DNA from: Raillietiella orientalis
Taxonomy: Eukaryota
DNA: 64,000 bases
Assembly: GCA_036172245.1 (NCBI GenBank)
Contig: JAYWIR010000066.1
Location: 372,001 to 436,000 of the forward strand
Direction: 5' to 3'
The notes beneath the pieces were generated by a model. It was not told the DNA's origin, ran no database searches, and saw nothing but the letters and a program-made list of their open reading frames with translations. A program made the translations under genes and the position numbers. Numbering within the stretch: the stretch's first letter is position 1; each line of letters starts with the position of its first letter. This document shows, one piece after another, positions 52,369 through 64,000 of the stretch.

Positions 52369-53581
52369 TTATGTTGTTTCTTCACCTTTTGTAGCTCTGG
52401 TGTATATTACTTGAGAATGATGCTTTACTACTAATCGGATAAGACCTGCAAAAATTAAATTTGGTATGAACAAATTTAGTTTACCTTTAGAATGTAATTC
52501 CTCCAGGGCTTTTCTTGCTAAAGACCCTCTAATTTTCAACCTTTCTGATACTACTGAAGGTGTGATTAGCTTATAACTGTAACATTCCTTATAAAGTTTG
52601 TCATAAGTAGCCTTATCAAACAGGACCAGATTGTTCAATTTGTCTCTCACTTTTCCTTTGGACCATTTCTAGCATTACAAAAAATGAAAAAAATTATTTC
52701 CGATATAAAAAAGGCACTTATTTGACAAATCTACTTTAAACAGTTAATAAATAAAACTTTTTAAACAGAAACATAATTTAAGTCTTCCTAATGATTGTAA
52801 TTAAAAAACAATAGAAGTGTATGTAAATTTTTCTTCCTTTCAGAATTGCAAAATCAAAAGTGAATTCTGTGCCAAAGAAAAATTTAACGTACTTTGATAT
52901 GACTGGACTTTATATATAAACTTCAATTTTCTGCAACTGCATAAAAACGTATCAAGAACTAACACATGTATTACTAAATGAATAATACACATTAAATAAA
53001 GGATGAATTCATTCATGTTTTTAATTCTACTGGACAAGAACAAGACCACATGCAACACTCAAGTTTTCTGCACGTCATCATTTCAAAATTTCAAATCCAT
53101 ACATTATGCACGCTAAAAATTTAAAGTCTCTTTACTGTATTATACGAAAAATACAAACAACCCTTTGATTTATTGCTCACTAGAATAAAATACGACCTTC
53201 TTTTTAGCTTTTCCACCTCCGCTACCTTCCTTGGGCTTTTTCGGGGCTTTCTGCGGTTGCTTCGACCCACCTTTGGAATCTTTTTTAGGAGGCTACAAAT
53301 AAATTACATATTACGAAAAGTCATTCACAATAACATTAAATTGCATACATAAGCATTTCACTCAACCGGATTCGTTATGATTTCGAATTTTATGGATAAA
53401 GTGAAACATCAATTATAAATTGCTAATAAAGAACAAAATGCTGAAGTCACAAGCCCCATATAAAATCAACCAAAAATGCAAAAAATGATGCTTATTTAAG
53501 TAAATAGAGTGATAAGAAATTATATACGCTAAATTTTGCCTTTGCAAGCAGTTCTCAAAGTAACATGAAGTACCTTACCAT
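52369..53581 (-). CDS. RPS25: 40S ribosomal protein S25 (eS25), 119 aa. Exons 53581-53579 (ATG only), 53292-53197, 52668-52485, 52445-52369
   Basis: [10 protein letters not shown]...[35 protein letters not shown]...[21 protein letters not shown]...[12 protein letters not shown]. Confidence 0.97.
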
Positions 53582-53599
53582 GCTCACAAGTCACACCAG

Positions 53600-53607
53600 C
53601 GAAAGGC
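53600..53607 (-). promoter_or_regulatory. TCT/5'-TOP-like pyrimidine initiator of RPS25
   Basis: On the - strand, gCCTTTCg lies ~20-25 nt upstream of the ATG, as is typical of ribosomal protein genes. Confidence 0.55.
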
Positions 53608-55870
53608 AACAGCGGAAATCAACCACCATATTCATTACGTATTTAGGAAAAGCCTCAGGAGAGTTTTTTTAAAAAAAAATAAATAAAATAAAAACATAGA
53701 CACAGTCTTAATGCTGCATCCTTGAATAATGAAAAGTTACAAGTAATGAATTCAGAGTGTTTATATGTTTCAATATAAAGGTGTAAAACTTTTTATTTCC
53801 AGAAGCTACTTAAGATTCATTGAATCGATGGCAACAAATGCATTAAATAAATTACGTACTGGTTTGTGCACAAAACTATGACCGGTACTTTTCTAGCTTA
53901 ATAAAGCTGAAAGTTCAAGAATGCACCTTCGATAACGGAGTTCAGTCGCTATCATACTTATAATGCCTTTACTGAAAATTCATTGAAAATTCAATATTGT
54001 CCCATGAACCGACTCTCGATAAAGTAGGCAAAAATTTTATCGACTCCATATACTAAAAGCACAGTTTAAATCAACAGTTATACATAAATCATAGTGTATT
54101 TAATATTTAAAAGCACGTTGACTTAATCTAACATGTTAAAATTCATTAGCACAAAAATATTAAAATAAATTCATTACAACCGAGCATTTCTGTTCCACAA
54201 TAATCTGGACTTTTCAATCAGAAAGAAAGAATATCATATGAACTGTATTTTTTAATTTGTATGTGAACCATGTAACTGATTTTCAAATTGCAGCATGTAG
54301 AATTCTATTAAAAATGGCATAAAATTCGCTACTCTGCGTAAAACGGCTGGAAAAAGTGTGATCCATACAAAGTAGAAATAAATTTAACACTTCATTGGGT
54401 TGTCTAGACCTATAAATGATCGAGCACCTATTGCTTTCTGCAATTTAAAAGAAAAATTAGCAAACAAAAGAATAAATAATTGCTTGTGATTTAAAAGCAA
54501 GGCAATTACGTATCTTGTTCAACAGTGTCTCAATGCAATAGTTTTTAAAACAATCCCTAATCTTTTTAATAGTATAACTGATATGAACTCTACAATTCTT
54601 TTCCATATTTTCCTTAGCTTTGTAAAGTGTTATTTCTCCATCCTTGTGTCTTCCATCAGAACGTTCTTTAACGTCAGTGATTTAATATACAAGACTAGTT
54701 GTTAGGTCTTGCTTTTTAGAAAGAACAAAATTCAAGGGAAAAAAAGCACACATCTATGTTCTAAGTAATCAGATTGCTAAAATAATTGACTCTATATTTG
54801 AGAAAAGCAAATATGGAATGAAATCCTAAGTTAAAGTTTATTCATATTTATAGGAAGGAGTCCTGGATAAAACATTTCTACTTAGTTTTCAAATGGTTTG
54901 AAGCCAAATAGTGTGTTAAAAAGAGAAGAACAGTAAATTGTTGCTACTTGATTAGATTGATTCAACAAAATACGCTACCGTAGAATATGCGTTTCCATAT
55001 AAGGTCTGAAATTTTTCCATTCGAAGAGTGTTTTTAAGGATGCTCAAGCATTCTGACACTTTAGTAAATTACATTTGCAAGACGTATGAAAATTCACATA
55101 CGTATTTTTGAGAATAAGCTTACATATGCAACTTTTCTATTTCGTTACATATGAAATGGCGTTCCAGCACAATGATCATGTTAAAAGATACTGGTATCCA
55201 TCAAAGTTGGTTTGTACCTTTCGGAGGTATACTTTTAATCATTGAAAGACCGTGCAAAGGAAATCGATACAAGGAATTTATTGCAATTGCCAATATATTG
55301 TGTGTTTGCGGAATTCTCATGCCTATTAAGTGTAATACCCGTTTTGTATTAATATTTTTTTATAAAAACTGATTGTTGACTTTTGAAGAGTCTTCAATTC
55401 TTTGTGTATATTGCCTTTTGAAATATTTAGTAATATTGACTAACTATGCTTAAGAATTTTGAGAATGCAAAAACTCATGTATGTAGCGCTTCACTTCGCA
55501 TTTGAATTAGAATTTGAAACCAGTGATTCAGTACCGTTAGAGAAAAAATAGATTCATTGCTCTTCCCTGGTAAGGTTTTGTGTAGTATGATTGCCTCGCA
55601 AAGACACCTAGGTAGTTGACGCTAGCAAAAAAAAAAATACCATCAAGCACAACGCTGGAGGCTTTATATTTGCAAGTTCGAATTTCACGATTAGTTATTA
55701 GTATTAAGATGTAAAGAAGTAGAAGTACTTGATACTTTATGGATGAAATGATCTAGATCTCGAAATTTTTTCTTATTTTAGGTCTGTCTAAAAGTACGTT
55801 TGATTTGTTTTGTATTTTGATAATTTCATGATGGTAAAATCTTTTGCCGTGTGAATTCTTTACATATACA

Positions 55871-57550
55871 ATGGATAATAGAGTGCTTCCCCCGAAACCA
55901 GAAGTTGTAAATAATTGCAAGGTACCTCCATTTGCATCAGTAGAAAACTTTTCCGATGATGAGACCTTTTGTGATGGATCATACTTTTCTAATCATATTG
56001 AGAGCAACTTTACGGCAATGCCTGTGATAAATGTCTCTTATGCTAGTAGTACTTCAGTGCAAAGTGATGAGAGTAAATCAGATGGTCCGGAAAAAGAACT
56101 GCTCTTCAGTACAAATTTTTATTCAGGGTTTAATGAAGAAATGACTGAAGATCTCAAGGCAAGCATTGAAGATATTGATTTAAAATCGAGGGGCATTAGG
56201 TTAGAGGTAAGTCCACAAGTGTTTCAAAGGCGTCATAGTGATCAGCCTGTTCGAGGGAACTTTGGAATGGGTAAAGAAAAAATGAGAACTTCATCAGAAG
56301 GGCATTGTTTTTTTGAAAGCTTTATCCCCTTAATACATAAGTTTCGTAATAGCAAATGTGTATCAAATTCTGCATTGCATTCTAAGTGTTCTCCTTTCCC
56401 CCATAAACTCATGATGGAAACCTCTTTTTGTGGTAATAAACCAATTGTGCATAGTGAGAATACCAAAATAGATTGCCTCAGTGATTGCAAACCAATCTCA
56501 TTATTGGACAAAACTGATAATCCCAAAGTTTCAAGAGAGAAATCCAACTGGAATATGACTAAAGAAGATGGCAAAAAAGCTTGTGTATCTCCAGAACTAT
56601 CATCAAAGTGTTTCAATAAAAGGTGTAGTCAGGAAGCTTTGATGAGTTTTCTAAAGCGAAATGAGTCATTGTTGGACAAATATGCTAATAGACGAGGCTC
56701 TCTTAATAACATTGTCAAATGTGTTAAAGAGCAGTTTAAACATAACACAAGTAAAAAGATTCATGATCGTGAAATGTACAAAGTAACAGATCATGAACTT
56801 GCTTCTAGTACCAAAAATCTTTGTAATAAAAGTACTCAATTTACAAAAACAGAAGGTGTGCAAAATGTTACAAAAAGTTTTCACTCAAACAATGAGGATA
56901 GCATTAATGGAGCCATAATGAGTGAAATGCAGACTGCTGAAAAAAATGTGCTTATGGAATCAAACAAAAAATGCTATAATTTCTCTGAGGTAGCTGATGA
57001 TAAATCAGTACAATTAAAGTCTCCTTGCAAGGATTCATTTTCATACAAGCTTAATTTGGATTCTCCCAAGGAAGCAGATTGTGTACAAAGCAGTGCACAG
57101 AATCCACAGTTTAAAGATACAACTGATTCTAGCACAAATGATTTTCAAGAATCAACCGTCATTAAATATCCATCTGTTTCCTATTTGGAAAGTGATCATG
57201 AAAGCAAAATGTTAGTATCTTCTGAATCTCAAGAAGATGAACTGCCATTTGTGCCAACAACATTACCTTCTGAAAGGCCAGTTGGATTGCCTTTAATTTC
57301 CACCAGTAACAGGGATACCACATTTGTGACTAATGTTGTTGAACGACCTCACAAAACAGTTCCAGTTGATGCACAAGTAATGGAAAGTTTTCTAGTTTCA
57401 GCACCCAAAAAAAGTTTGCAGGAAAAACTTAGTGTTTTTCTTCCTTTAAAAGATTCATTGAAATTACATAAATCAGATTTTAAAAAATTTGAATCTTGGA
57501 ATGATTTTTGTACAAAAAGTTTTCTAAGCTCACACTCTAAACAAAAATGA
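55871..57550 (+). CDS. Uncharacterised ~559-aa S/K/E/N-rich, probably disordered protein (single coding exon)
   Basis: A 1.7-kb open frame in AT-rich DNA with ATG in acaATGg context, an acceptor ttttcttattttag at 55781, and CpG depletion like the neighbouring genes. It has RRHS and RRGS basophilic kinase-type sites and a C-terminal motif EDELPFVPTTLPSERP. Confidence 0.75.
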   Translation: MDNRVLPPKPEVVNNCKVPPFASVENFSDDETFCDGSYFSNHIESNFTAMPVINVSYASSTSVQSDESKSDGPEKELLFSTNFYSGFNEEMTEDLKASIEDIDLKSRGIRLEVSPQVFQRRHSDQPVRGNFGMGKEKMRTSSEGHCFFESFIPLIHKFRNSKCVSNSALHSKCSPFPHKLMMETSFCGNKPIVHSENTKIDCLSDCKPISLLDKTDNPKVSREKSNWNMTKEDGKKACVSPELSSKCFNKRCSQEALMSFLKRNESLLDKYANRRGSLNNIVKCVKEQFKHNTSKKIHDREMYKVTDHELASSTKNLCNKSTQFTKTEGVQNVTKSFHSNNEDSINGAIMSEMQTAEKNVLMESNKKCYNFSEVADDKSVQLKSPCKDSFSYKLNLDSPKEADCVQSSAQNPQFKDTTDSSTNDFQESTVIKYPSVSYLESDHESKMLVSSESQEDELPFVPTTLPSERPVGLPLISTSNRDTTFVTNVVERPHKTVPVDAQVMESFLVSAPKKSLQEKLSVFLPLKDSLKLHKSDFKKFESWNDFCTKSFLSSHSKQK

Positions 57551-59994
57551 TGCTGCTTTATAAAAAACATATCAAGTTATATATTAGATACTATTTTGTA
57601 TGAGTAACTAAGCCTTTATGTGTACTTCTAATTTGTAGTGGTTCCCAACAGTACTTCCAACAAATTTAAGATCAAGAGCATTCTTGACTTAAAAATAGGT
57701 ATTGTATAATTGTGGTGTCGCTTTTTGTAATGTTTTGTGCTTGCAAATTAGATGGGTGTTTGTTTTGATTTAATTCATCAGACATAGTGTTCACCTTATT
57801 GGATGAGTTAATTTTCCTGGTTACCACTTTTTTTCTTTTTTTCTATGCATAATCAGATTTTTACAAGTCCTGGCCTGCATTTGAATCATTTGTCAAACAG
57901 TGCTTTAAAAACTCAAATATGTTGTCATTCATATTTCAACACTCACACAAATTGTAATCGACTTTTTCAGTGTTTTTAATAGTATTATTATAATTGAAGG
58001 TTCCCATTATAATTGGAATTTGCACAAGCATATGTGTATCTGGATTTGGTTATTGAAAGTGTAGATTGTTGACAGGTAGGACTGTTATTCATAAGGACAA
58101 GTATAAATTAAAGAAAGAAGTTAAGGAAGTGAATTCAGTTTGTTTCATTTTCAGCCAATTTGATCATGTGATCATTCATTGCATAGAGACAGCATATGAT
58201 GGGTGTCCAGTTGGACGTGGGTACATTAGCATTGGCATCCAGTAGAGCTAAATTTATATGGCTGCCACAGAATGGTGTGCAGTTATTCAGTTTTTACCGT
58301 CATTTATTGAACAAATGAACACCTTGAACTTTGAAAACTGTGTTAATTAGTTGTTATATTATGCTTACACAGAACAGGGATATTGCTAGAATATTACTGC
58401 TGATTTTAGAGTACTCTTAGTTTCAGTCAGTGTTTTTCGAAACATAGTAGCTCAATGACCTCATTTATTGGTGAAAATGTAGTGTCGAATTGAATTTTAC
58501 TATTTGTGTTTACAATCAAGGTTTCATAATTCAATTTCTATTAATATTGTATGCTGAATTCTTTTGCATTGCAGGGTCACTTTCCCATGAATTATTTATG
58601 CTGGGTGGAATTAAACATGCAATCAGATAATTTGCAAGTATTCTGTTAGGAATAGGTAAGTGTTGCTGTAAACATTGGATGCATTAGGAAAATTATGTAT
58701 AATCAGTAAACACAAACATTTGGAGGACTAATCATTTATCATATTAGTGAGTTTCTTTCTGTTTGTGATATGGATACAATTAATCAGTCAGCAAGTTGCT
58801 GTTTGCACAAAAAACTAATTCAAATCAGAGTATTGAGGGAAAGGTTTGGATGAGTTTGGCTGTTGAGAATTTGGCACAGTCTTGAATTTTTGTTTGTGTA
58901 AAGGCATGTGCACAGGATTTGCTGTTCTGATTGAAGACTTATTTAACGGTCGAATCAGCAAGGTTAAAAAAAACCGGTTGTTTTTATATTTCCCCCCGTT
59001 TTTTTTTCTTTTTTTTTTTACATTCACATTTACACAGTGTTTTTGTGTTTTCTGTGTCCATGCCTCGTTATTGACAAGCCCACTTGTCAATAATGAGGTA
59101 TGTTTCCAAGCATTAGCCATAGCCAACACAATACTGTGGATTCTATTATACAGTCTTGCAGTAATTGCCAGTGCATGCCCCATAGGAATATCATTTCTCT
59201 TCATAAACTTTCAGCATGAGAATGTCTTCATGAAATATTTATACGTGATGGCTGTTTCAATCACTTTAGTGACACCTGTTGTATTACTTGTAAGTAAACT
59301 GTACCGAATACACCTGGGAGATGTGCCATTTATTGGAAAAGCTGAGTTGGTCAGAAACAGTGAGCGAGTTTTATGTTACGAAACGCCCGAACGCTGAGGA
59401 GTTTCTACGAAACGCCTGGGCGTGAAATCTTGCGTTGGACTTTGAAGAAAAACTCAACTTCTCAGGGAAGAAATCAGCAAATAGTCACGTCGGTAACGGT
59501 GTTAATGGAATTTTCCACACGGGGTGCAAAGTGACTGTAGGTTCGAAAAATGTGAACTGCTACACTTAGTGTCGAAGTTTCTTATCACACGTAAAGGAGA
59601 GAATCAATTCACAAGTCTGTTCTTTATCCAAGAGAACATCAAAACACATGGCAAGATTTTTTTTCCTTTTTTGAAAAAAAAAAAAAAAAAAAGATGATAT
59701 CCTCTTATTGTGCAATTGTTTGAAAATATTGCAAACTGTTTAAGAATTCCTCTATGCATACTCAATCATTGCCACGGAAGTAGGGATCATAGGGATGAAG
59801 ATGACGCGAAAGAAAGATTTCAGTCTTTTAATTGTACCTTTCGGGTGAAGCAGCAGCACGACGATGTGCAAATGTGTGTCTGCAAAAATATTTTGGAATG
59901 GTACTTATCACATGTGTACATTTTCTTTAGCACTTGTTTTTGACGAATCACTGTTTTGGAAAGGCGATTTTTGCAAATGTTATAATTTATTGAC

Positions 59995-60030
59995 ATTATT
60001 ATTATTATTATTATTATTACTATTATTATT
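59995..60030. repeat. (ATT)n microsatellite
   Basis: About 12 ATT units with one interruption. Confidence 0.85.
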
Positions 60031-61474
60031 AGCAAACATGAATCAAATTAGAATTACGAGGCCAAATTTTGCAAGCCGCCCAAGTTCCAAGATTGAAGAT
60101 TGCATCTCGTGCCCCAAAGCATTCTCTCCGTGGCAACGAGGAAGAGCTGTGACTTTCACGGCTATGAGGAGGAGCAGATCCGTCGATTGACATTCGATTT
60201 AGTAGCTTGTGTTTTGTTTTAAATAAGGTTTTGTATGTAAACACATTCGGGGAATAACGGAAACAAATAGACAACAGGCTGTAGAGAAGTTCTAGGCATT
60301 ATTTCCTCCTTGACTAGTGGGATGACTGTGGAAGCTTATAAATGTTATGTGTATATATTTATATTAAAAGTGAAAATGATTGGTCACTGGCCATAACAAT
60401 TTTTTGGTTGTAGTTGGATTAGTTATACGGAAAGTTGCGATGTTCATTGGTAGCCGAAGCAGTCGAAATTTCCGATGAGTACAAAAGAAACGCTGCGATG
60501 CTAATGCGAATGTGTCGCATTGCATGGAAAAGGAAATTTTTCGTATTGGCATTTATTTTCCGAGTTTTCCCTGCTGGAATGGAGGGTCCTCGATTTTTTC
60601 GAGAAGTATTCGAAAATCTGTTGTAGGTATGTTCTGCGAAAGCTCGTGTATCACGTTGCCCGTTCTCTCAACCAGCGATTTTCTTCGGGACATTTAAGTT
60701 CTTCAAAAAATTGAAATTGCATCTGAGAACTCTGGAATCAATACCTAGAAATCTGAAGGCCACGTTTTCATTGATTGATTTCCATTTTGTTTTCAGGCTT
60801 CCTGTTTATGGGTGGCATCTTCAAAGGATGCGATGGCGGTATAATTACAACGTATTTTCGATTAAAAAAAAAAAATAAAAATAAAAGTTGTGGTGCCATA
60901 ATACGGTGTTGATAAGTATGCCATGTCTTGAAATGTCGGGAAACGTCACCGAACGGTCTGAAACTCCTCAAAACATAAAAGCCAATTTTGAGTGGACTTC
61001 CTACCTGAATGCGATTAGAGAATGATTCCTGGGCTTGAACTCGGGATGTCGGAGTTCCCTCCCGTTTTTTACAAATCCCAGACGTGGATGCGACCCCTTG
61101 CCCGGTGTCGACCACACCGGCAGGGCTGCTCACCACATTTTTCTTATTCTCCGTTCGGCAATGTTTTTGTCTTTTTTTTTTTGCATCCGCGGTTCCAAGT
61201 GGATGTCGTGGACTTTCCTCTGCAAAGGATGAGTTCACTTTTGTACTGCCAGTGGGATCGATCGTCTGACATCACAGTATTTAAGCTCATATTGATTTGC
61301 ACGAGCCCGGTAGCCTTAGAGTAGCTGTGGTTCAAGTTATATCAAAGGCGACAGAAATATGGGAGAGTAATAATGTTAGCGATGTGCTCTAGGTATTTAT
61401 TTGTTGATCTTTTGACTATGATCTTTTGTGTTTTAACTGGTTTCAAATAGCCTAAAGTGAATTATGTTTGTGAT

Positions 61475-61500
61475 GTGTGTGTGTCTGTGTGTGTGTGTGT
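61475..61500. repeat. (TG)n microsatellite
   Basis: tgtgtgtgtgtctgtgtgtgtgtgtgt. Confidence 0.8.
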
Positions 61501-63183
61501 AATGGTTTCATGCCTTTCGAACTCGTTTCCTCTCCCCCTCTTCGTGCTAATCAGCCTTTTGTGAAACTGGTCATAGCATAGCATTTCGTTTTCTTTTTTT
61601 CTTTTTTTTACAGTTGATCAAAAAAAAAAAAAGGTCGATTGGATTGAAAAGAACTTGCAGCAGCAGATCGCGGAGCTTCGTTTTCCCAGCCGAAAAGTTT
61701 GCACTATTCGTGGGGTTTTTTTTTCTTCTTCTTCCCGTGGTGGTCTTCTTTAATTATGGATAACGTACACGAATAACGTGCGAATCGTCCGAGCTTTCCC
61801 ATGAAAACTGGAAATTTCATCATTCCCTCCACTTCGATCCGTCCCCGTGTTTTCTGCCTTTCTGACGTCCGAGGGGACGTTTCCCGACGATTCGATAATT
61901 CGTTTTTCGAATCTCATGCCAATAAGTGGGTGGCGGCATTTTTTCCTGGGGCATTTTTTTTCCGTGCTGCTCCTGCAGAACGCTAAGGCTATAAGGCTTC
62001 CTGTGCAAGAACTGCAGTTAGCCGAAAAAGTGGTCAATCCGTTGTTTCGTGTTGGGGGCACTTCGTGAGTAAACGGGAAAATGTTTCGGTGTTTTTTTTT
62101 TTTTTTTTTTCCCCCCCTTTTTCCTTTCCTCTGCTTGTTGCCGAGGTGCCGCTCGTGCGTTTACCGTGGCTGGGGGGATGCCGCCGGCGTTCGGCCACCC
62201 CCACCCCCCTCCCCCAAGTGAATTCCTTCCTGGCTTCTCCTCTTTTTCGCGTGGTGGTCCACCCGTGGATCGTTTCCGGCGATGCCCGTTTCAAGTTTCT
62301 CATGCAAGCCATTCCGTTTGCATTCGGTTTTGATTTTGTCATCGGTTTGGGTGAGGCACATTTTCCGAACGTGTGGGGTACACTCCACAACCAAGCCAAA
62401 GAAGACTTGGACCCGGTTTCACTTTCTTGCTGTGCTCATGGAATTCCACTTTCCGTATTTTAATAACACAACCAAAAATCTCCGAGTATTTCTCTGCGCA
62501 CAGCATGTTTAATACCAGCTGTGGAAGTAAATGTTCAAGTTTAGACGCCTCTAATTTTACATTTAATTTTGCTCACGTACAATGATTGCTTAGAGTTAAG
62601 TGTTACATTGCAAAGAAGTCATAAATGAGATGTATTTTTTTTTTCTTGTATGTTAACACTTATAATTAGTCTAGTTTGTGATTTTGTCTGCTGCGTGCGT
62701 GCTGTCACGAGATGTTTATCACACCGAAATGATGTGTACAAAAAAGTCATATTGCTACTTAAAAATTGCCTCATTCTATTAAATCATTTCCTTGCTTAAA
62801 CCTGAAAAAAGATGCGTGCCATCTGGTATTGTTTTCCAGCTATGCATCAGCAGCATAGCTAGAAAAATGAGTGCATTTTCTGTTGTGGACATTTCGTTTT
62901 TGAAAACAACAGAAGTCTTTGACTCAATGTATACCAGTCTATAATTTCAGATTTAGCAAGGTAATTTATGAAAATCTTTGTAAAATGAAGTCTTTTTGGT
63001 TTTTGAAACAACATGTATGAACATTGGTTGCTCATTAGAAAAGTTTATATCACTGCTAAATTTATTTAGAAATGATTATTTATACAGTTTTATTTTTTTC
63101 CAATTTACTGATGCATTATTTCCCCTTTTTTTTGTTTTTTTTTTGTTTTTTTTTACGTTTCAATCCTAGATCTGACATTGATA

Positions 63184-63900
63184 ATGCTGAAATTAAAAAA
63201 GCGAAAACAGAATAAAAAGAAGAAGGAAGATTTATTTGATCCAGCTGAGTTAGAAAAGTACAGAGAGCAACGTGAAAAAAATCTTGAGAATTCTACTCTT
63301 GAAAGTGAAGAATGGCAACATTTTAGATTGCTCACATCAGGTGTTGATAAAAACTTAAGTGAAACTCAGAAAAATCTTTCTCTCATAAAATCCGGTAGCT
63401 TTTTCCATGTAAAATCACAAGGGCCACTTTCTTTAAATCATGACTCTGAAGCTCCAAAAAAATCATGGATTCAAGATTTTGATTCAGAAGCAGATAAATT
63501 TGGCAGATCTAATGTGACTGAGTCTAGTGTTAAATTAGATAAAAATCATAGTGAGCATAAATTTGAGGCAGACCTAAATTTACAGAATGTAAATGTAAAT
63601 AATGCATCTGAGCATAGTGATTTTTGTGAAGCACCTGATGTTTGCAAAAGTTTAGATTTGTATACTTCATCTGCTGATCCTTTTGATACATCTGTAGTTG
63701 ACCAAATCAGGGAAAAAGCTTTGCATTTGAAAAATCAGCAAGAAGTTTTGAATAATAAAGGTGTTTCTTTTGGAACCAGTGTTATTTCATTGTTAGCAAA
63801 CATCTCTGGAGGTAATGAACAGTGTGTTATCAGTACTGATGAAAAGGAAAATAAAAAGGCTTGTGCAGAGTATGAGAAAGAAATACATCATGAATTCTTC
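63184..63900 (+). CDS. stnA: Stoned-A, first coding exon (gene continues beyond the window)
   Basis: MLKLKK...KKKKEDLFDPAELEKYR...EEWQHFRLLTSGVDKNLSETQKNLSLIKSGSFF matches the recalled Drosophila StnA N-terminus (MLKLPKGLKKKKKK..ELF.EEELEQY..EEWAKFKALTSGVD). It has a DPFDTS AP-2-binding DPF motif, a poly-T acceptor ending at 63169 and a donor TTC|GTAAGT at 63901. Confidence 0.88.
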
Positions 63901-64000
63901 GTAAGTTCAGTGGTTTCCTTAATTAGCAAGTATACTTGTTGGAAACATTTAATAGATTACACCCCTTTTTAAAAAAATTAATGATTACCTTTATAATTTT

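Noticed and set aside
52840..53081. Box C/D snoRNA in RPS25 intron 2 (ATGATGA ... CTGA on -)
   Set aside because: The boxes are ~240 nt apart, with no terminal stem or recognisable rRNA guide.
1..64000. CRISPR array or prokaryotic operon/defence system
   Set aside because: No regularly spaced repeats were seen, and the genes are spliceosomal-intron-containing animal genes.

Overview
Eukaryotic genomic DNA, most likely from an arthropod, given a stoned-A orthologue and many very short 39-60 nt introns. The left ~17 kb is a GC/CpG-rich block with no credible protein-coding gene. It carries three diverged copies of a ~450-500 bp tRNA-headed SINE-like repeat, one AT-rich island and several TAAT-rich enhancer-like patches. 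The rest is AT-rich. There I could hand-splice URB2 (+, 10 exons, one probable GC-AG intron), striatin/Cka (-, 12 exons), WDR26 (-, 11-12 exons) and RPS25 (-, 4 exons). It also holds an unidentified ~559-aa single-exon ORF (+) and the first coding exon of stoned-A (+). The most interesting signals are: (i) an NLS-like N-terminal extension of WDR26 that resembles the vertebrate non-AUG extension and could be switched by alternative 5' splice sites or a CUG start; (ii) a possible polycistronic link between the orphan ORF and stoned-A; (iii) a 6-nt microexon candidate in striatin and a poison-exon candidate in WDR26; (iv) the SINE family; and (v) a multi-hairpin cluster at ~24.9-25.1 kb. All gene models were built by eye, and homologies are from recalled sequences, not database searches.
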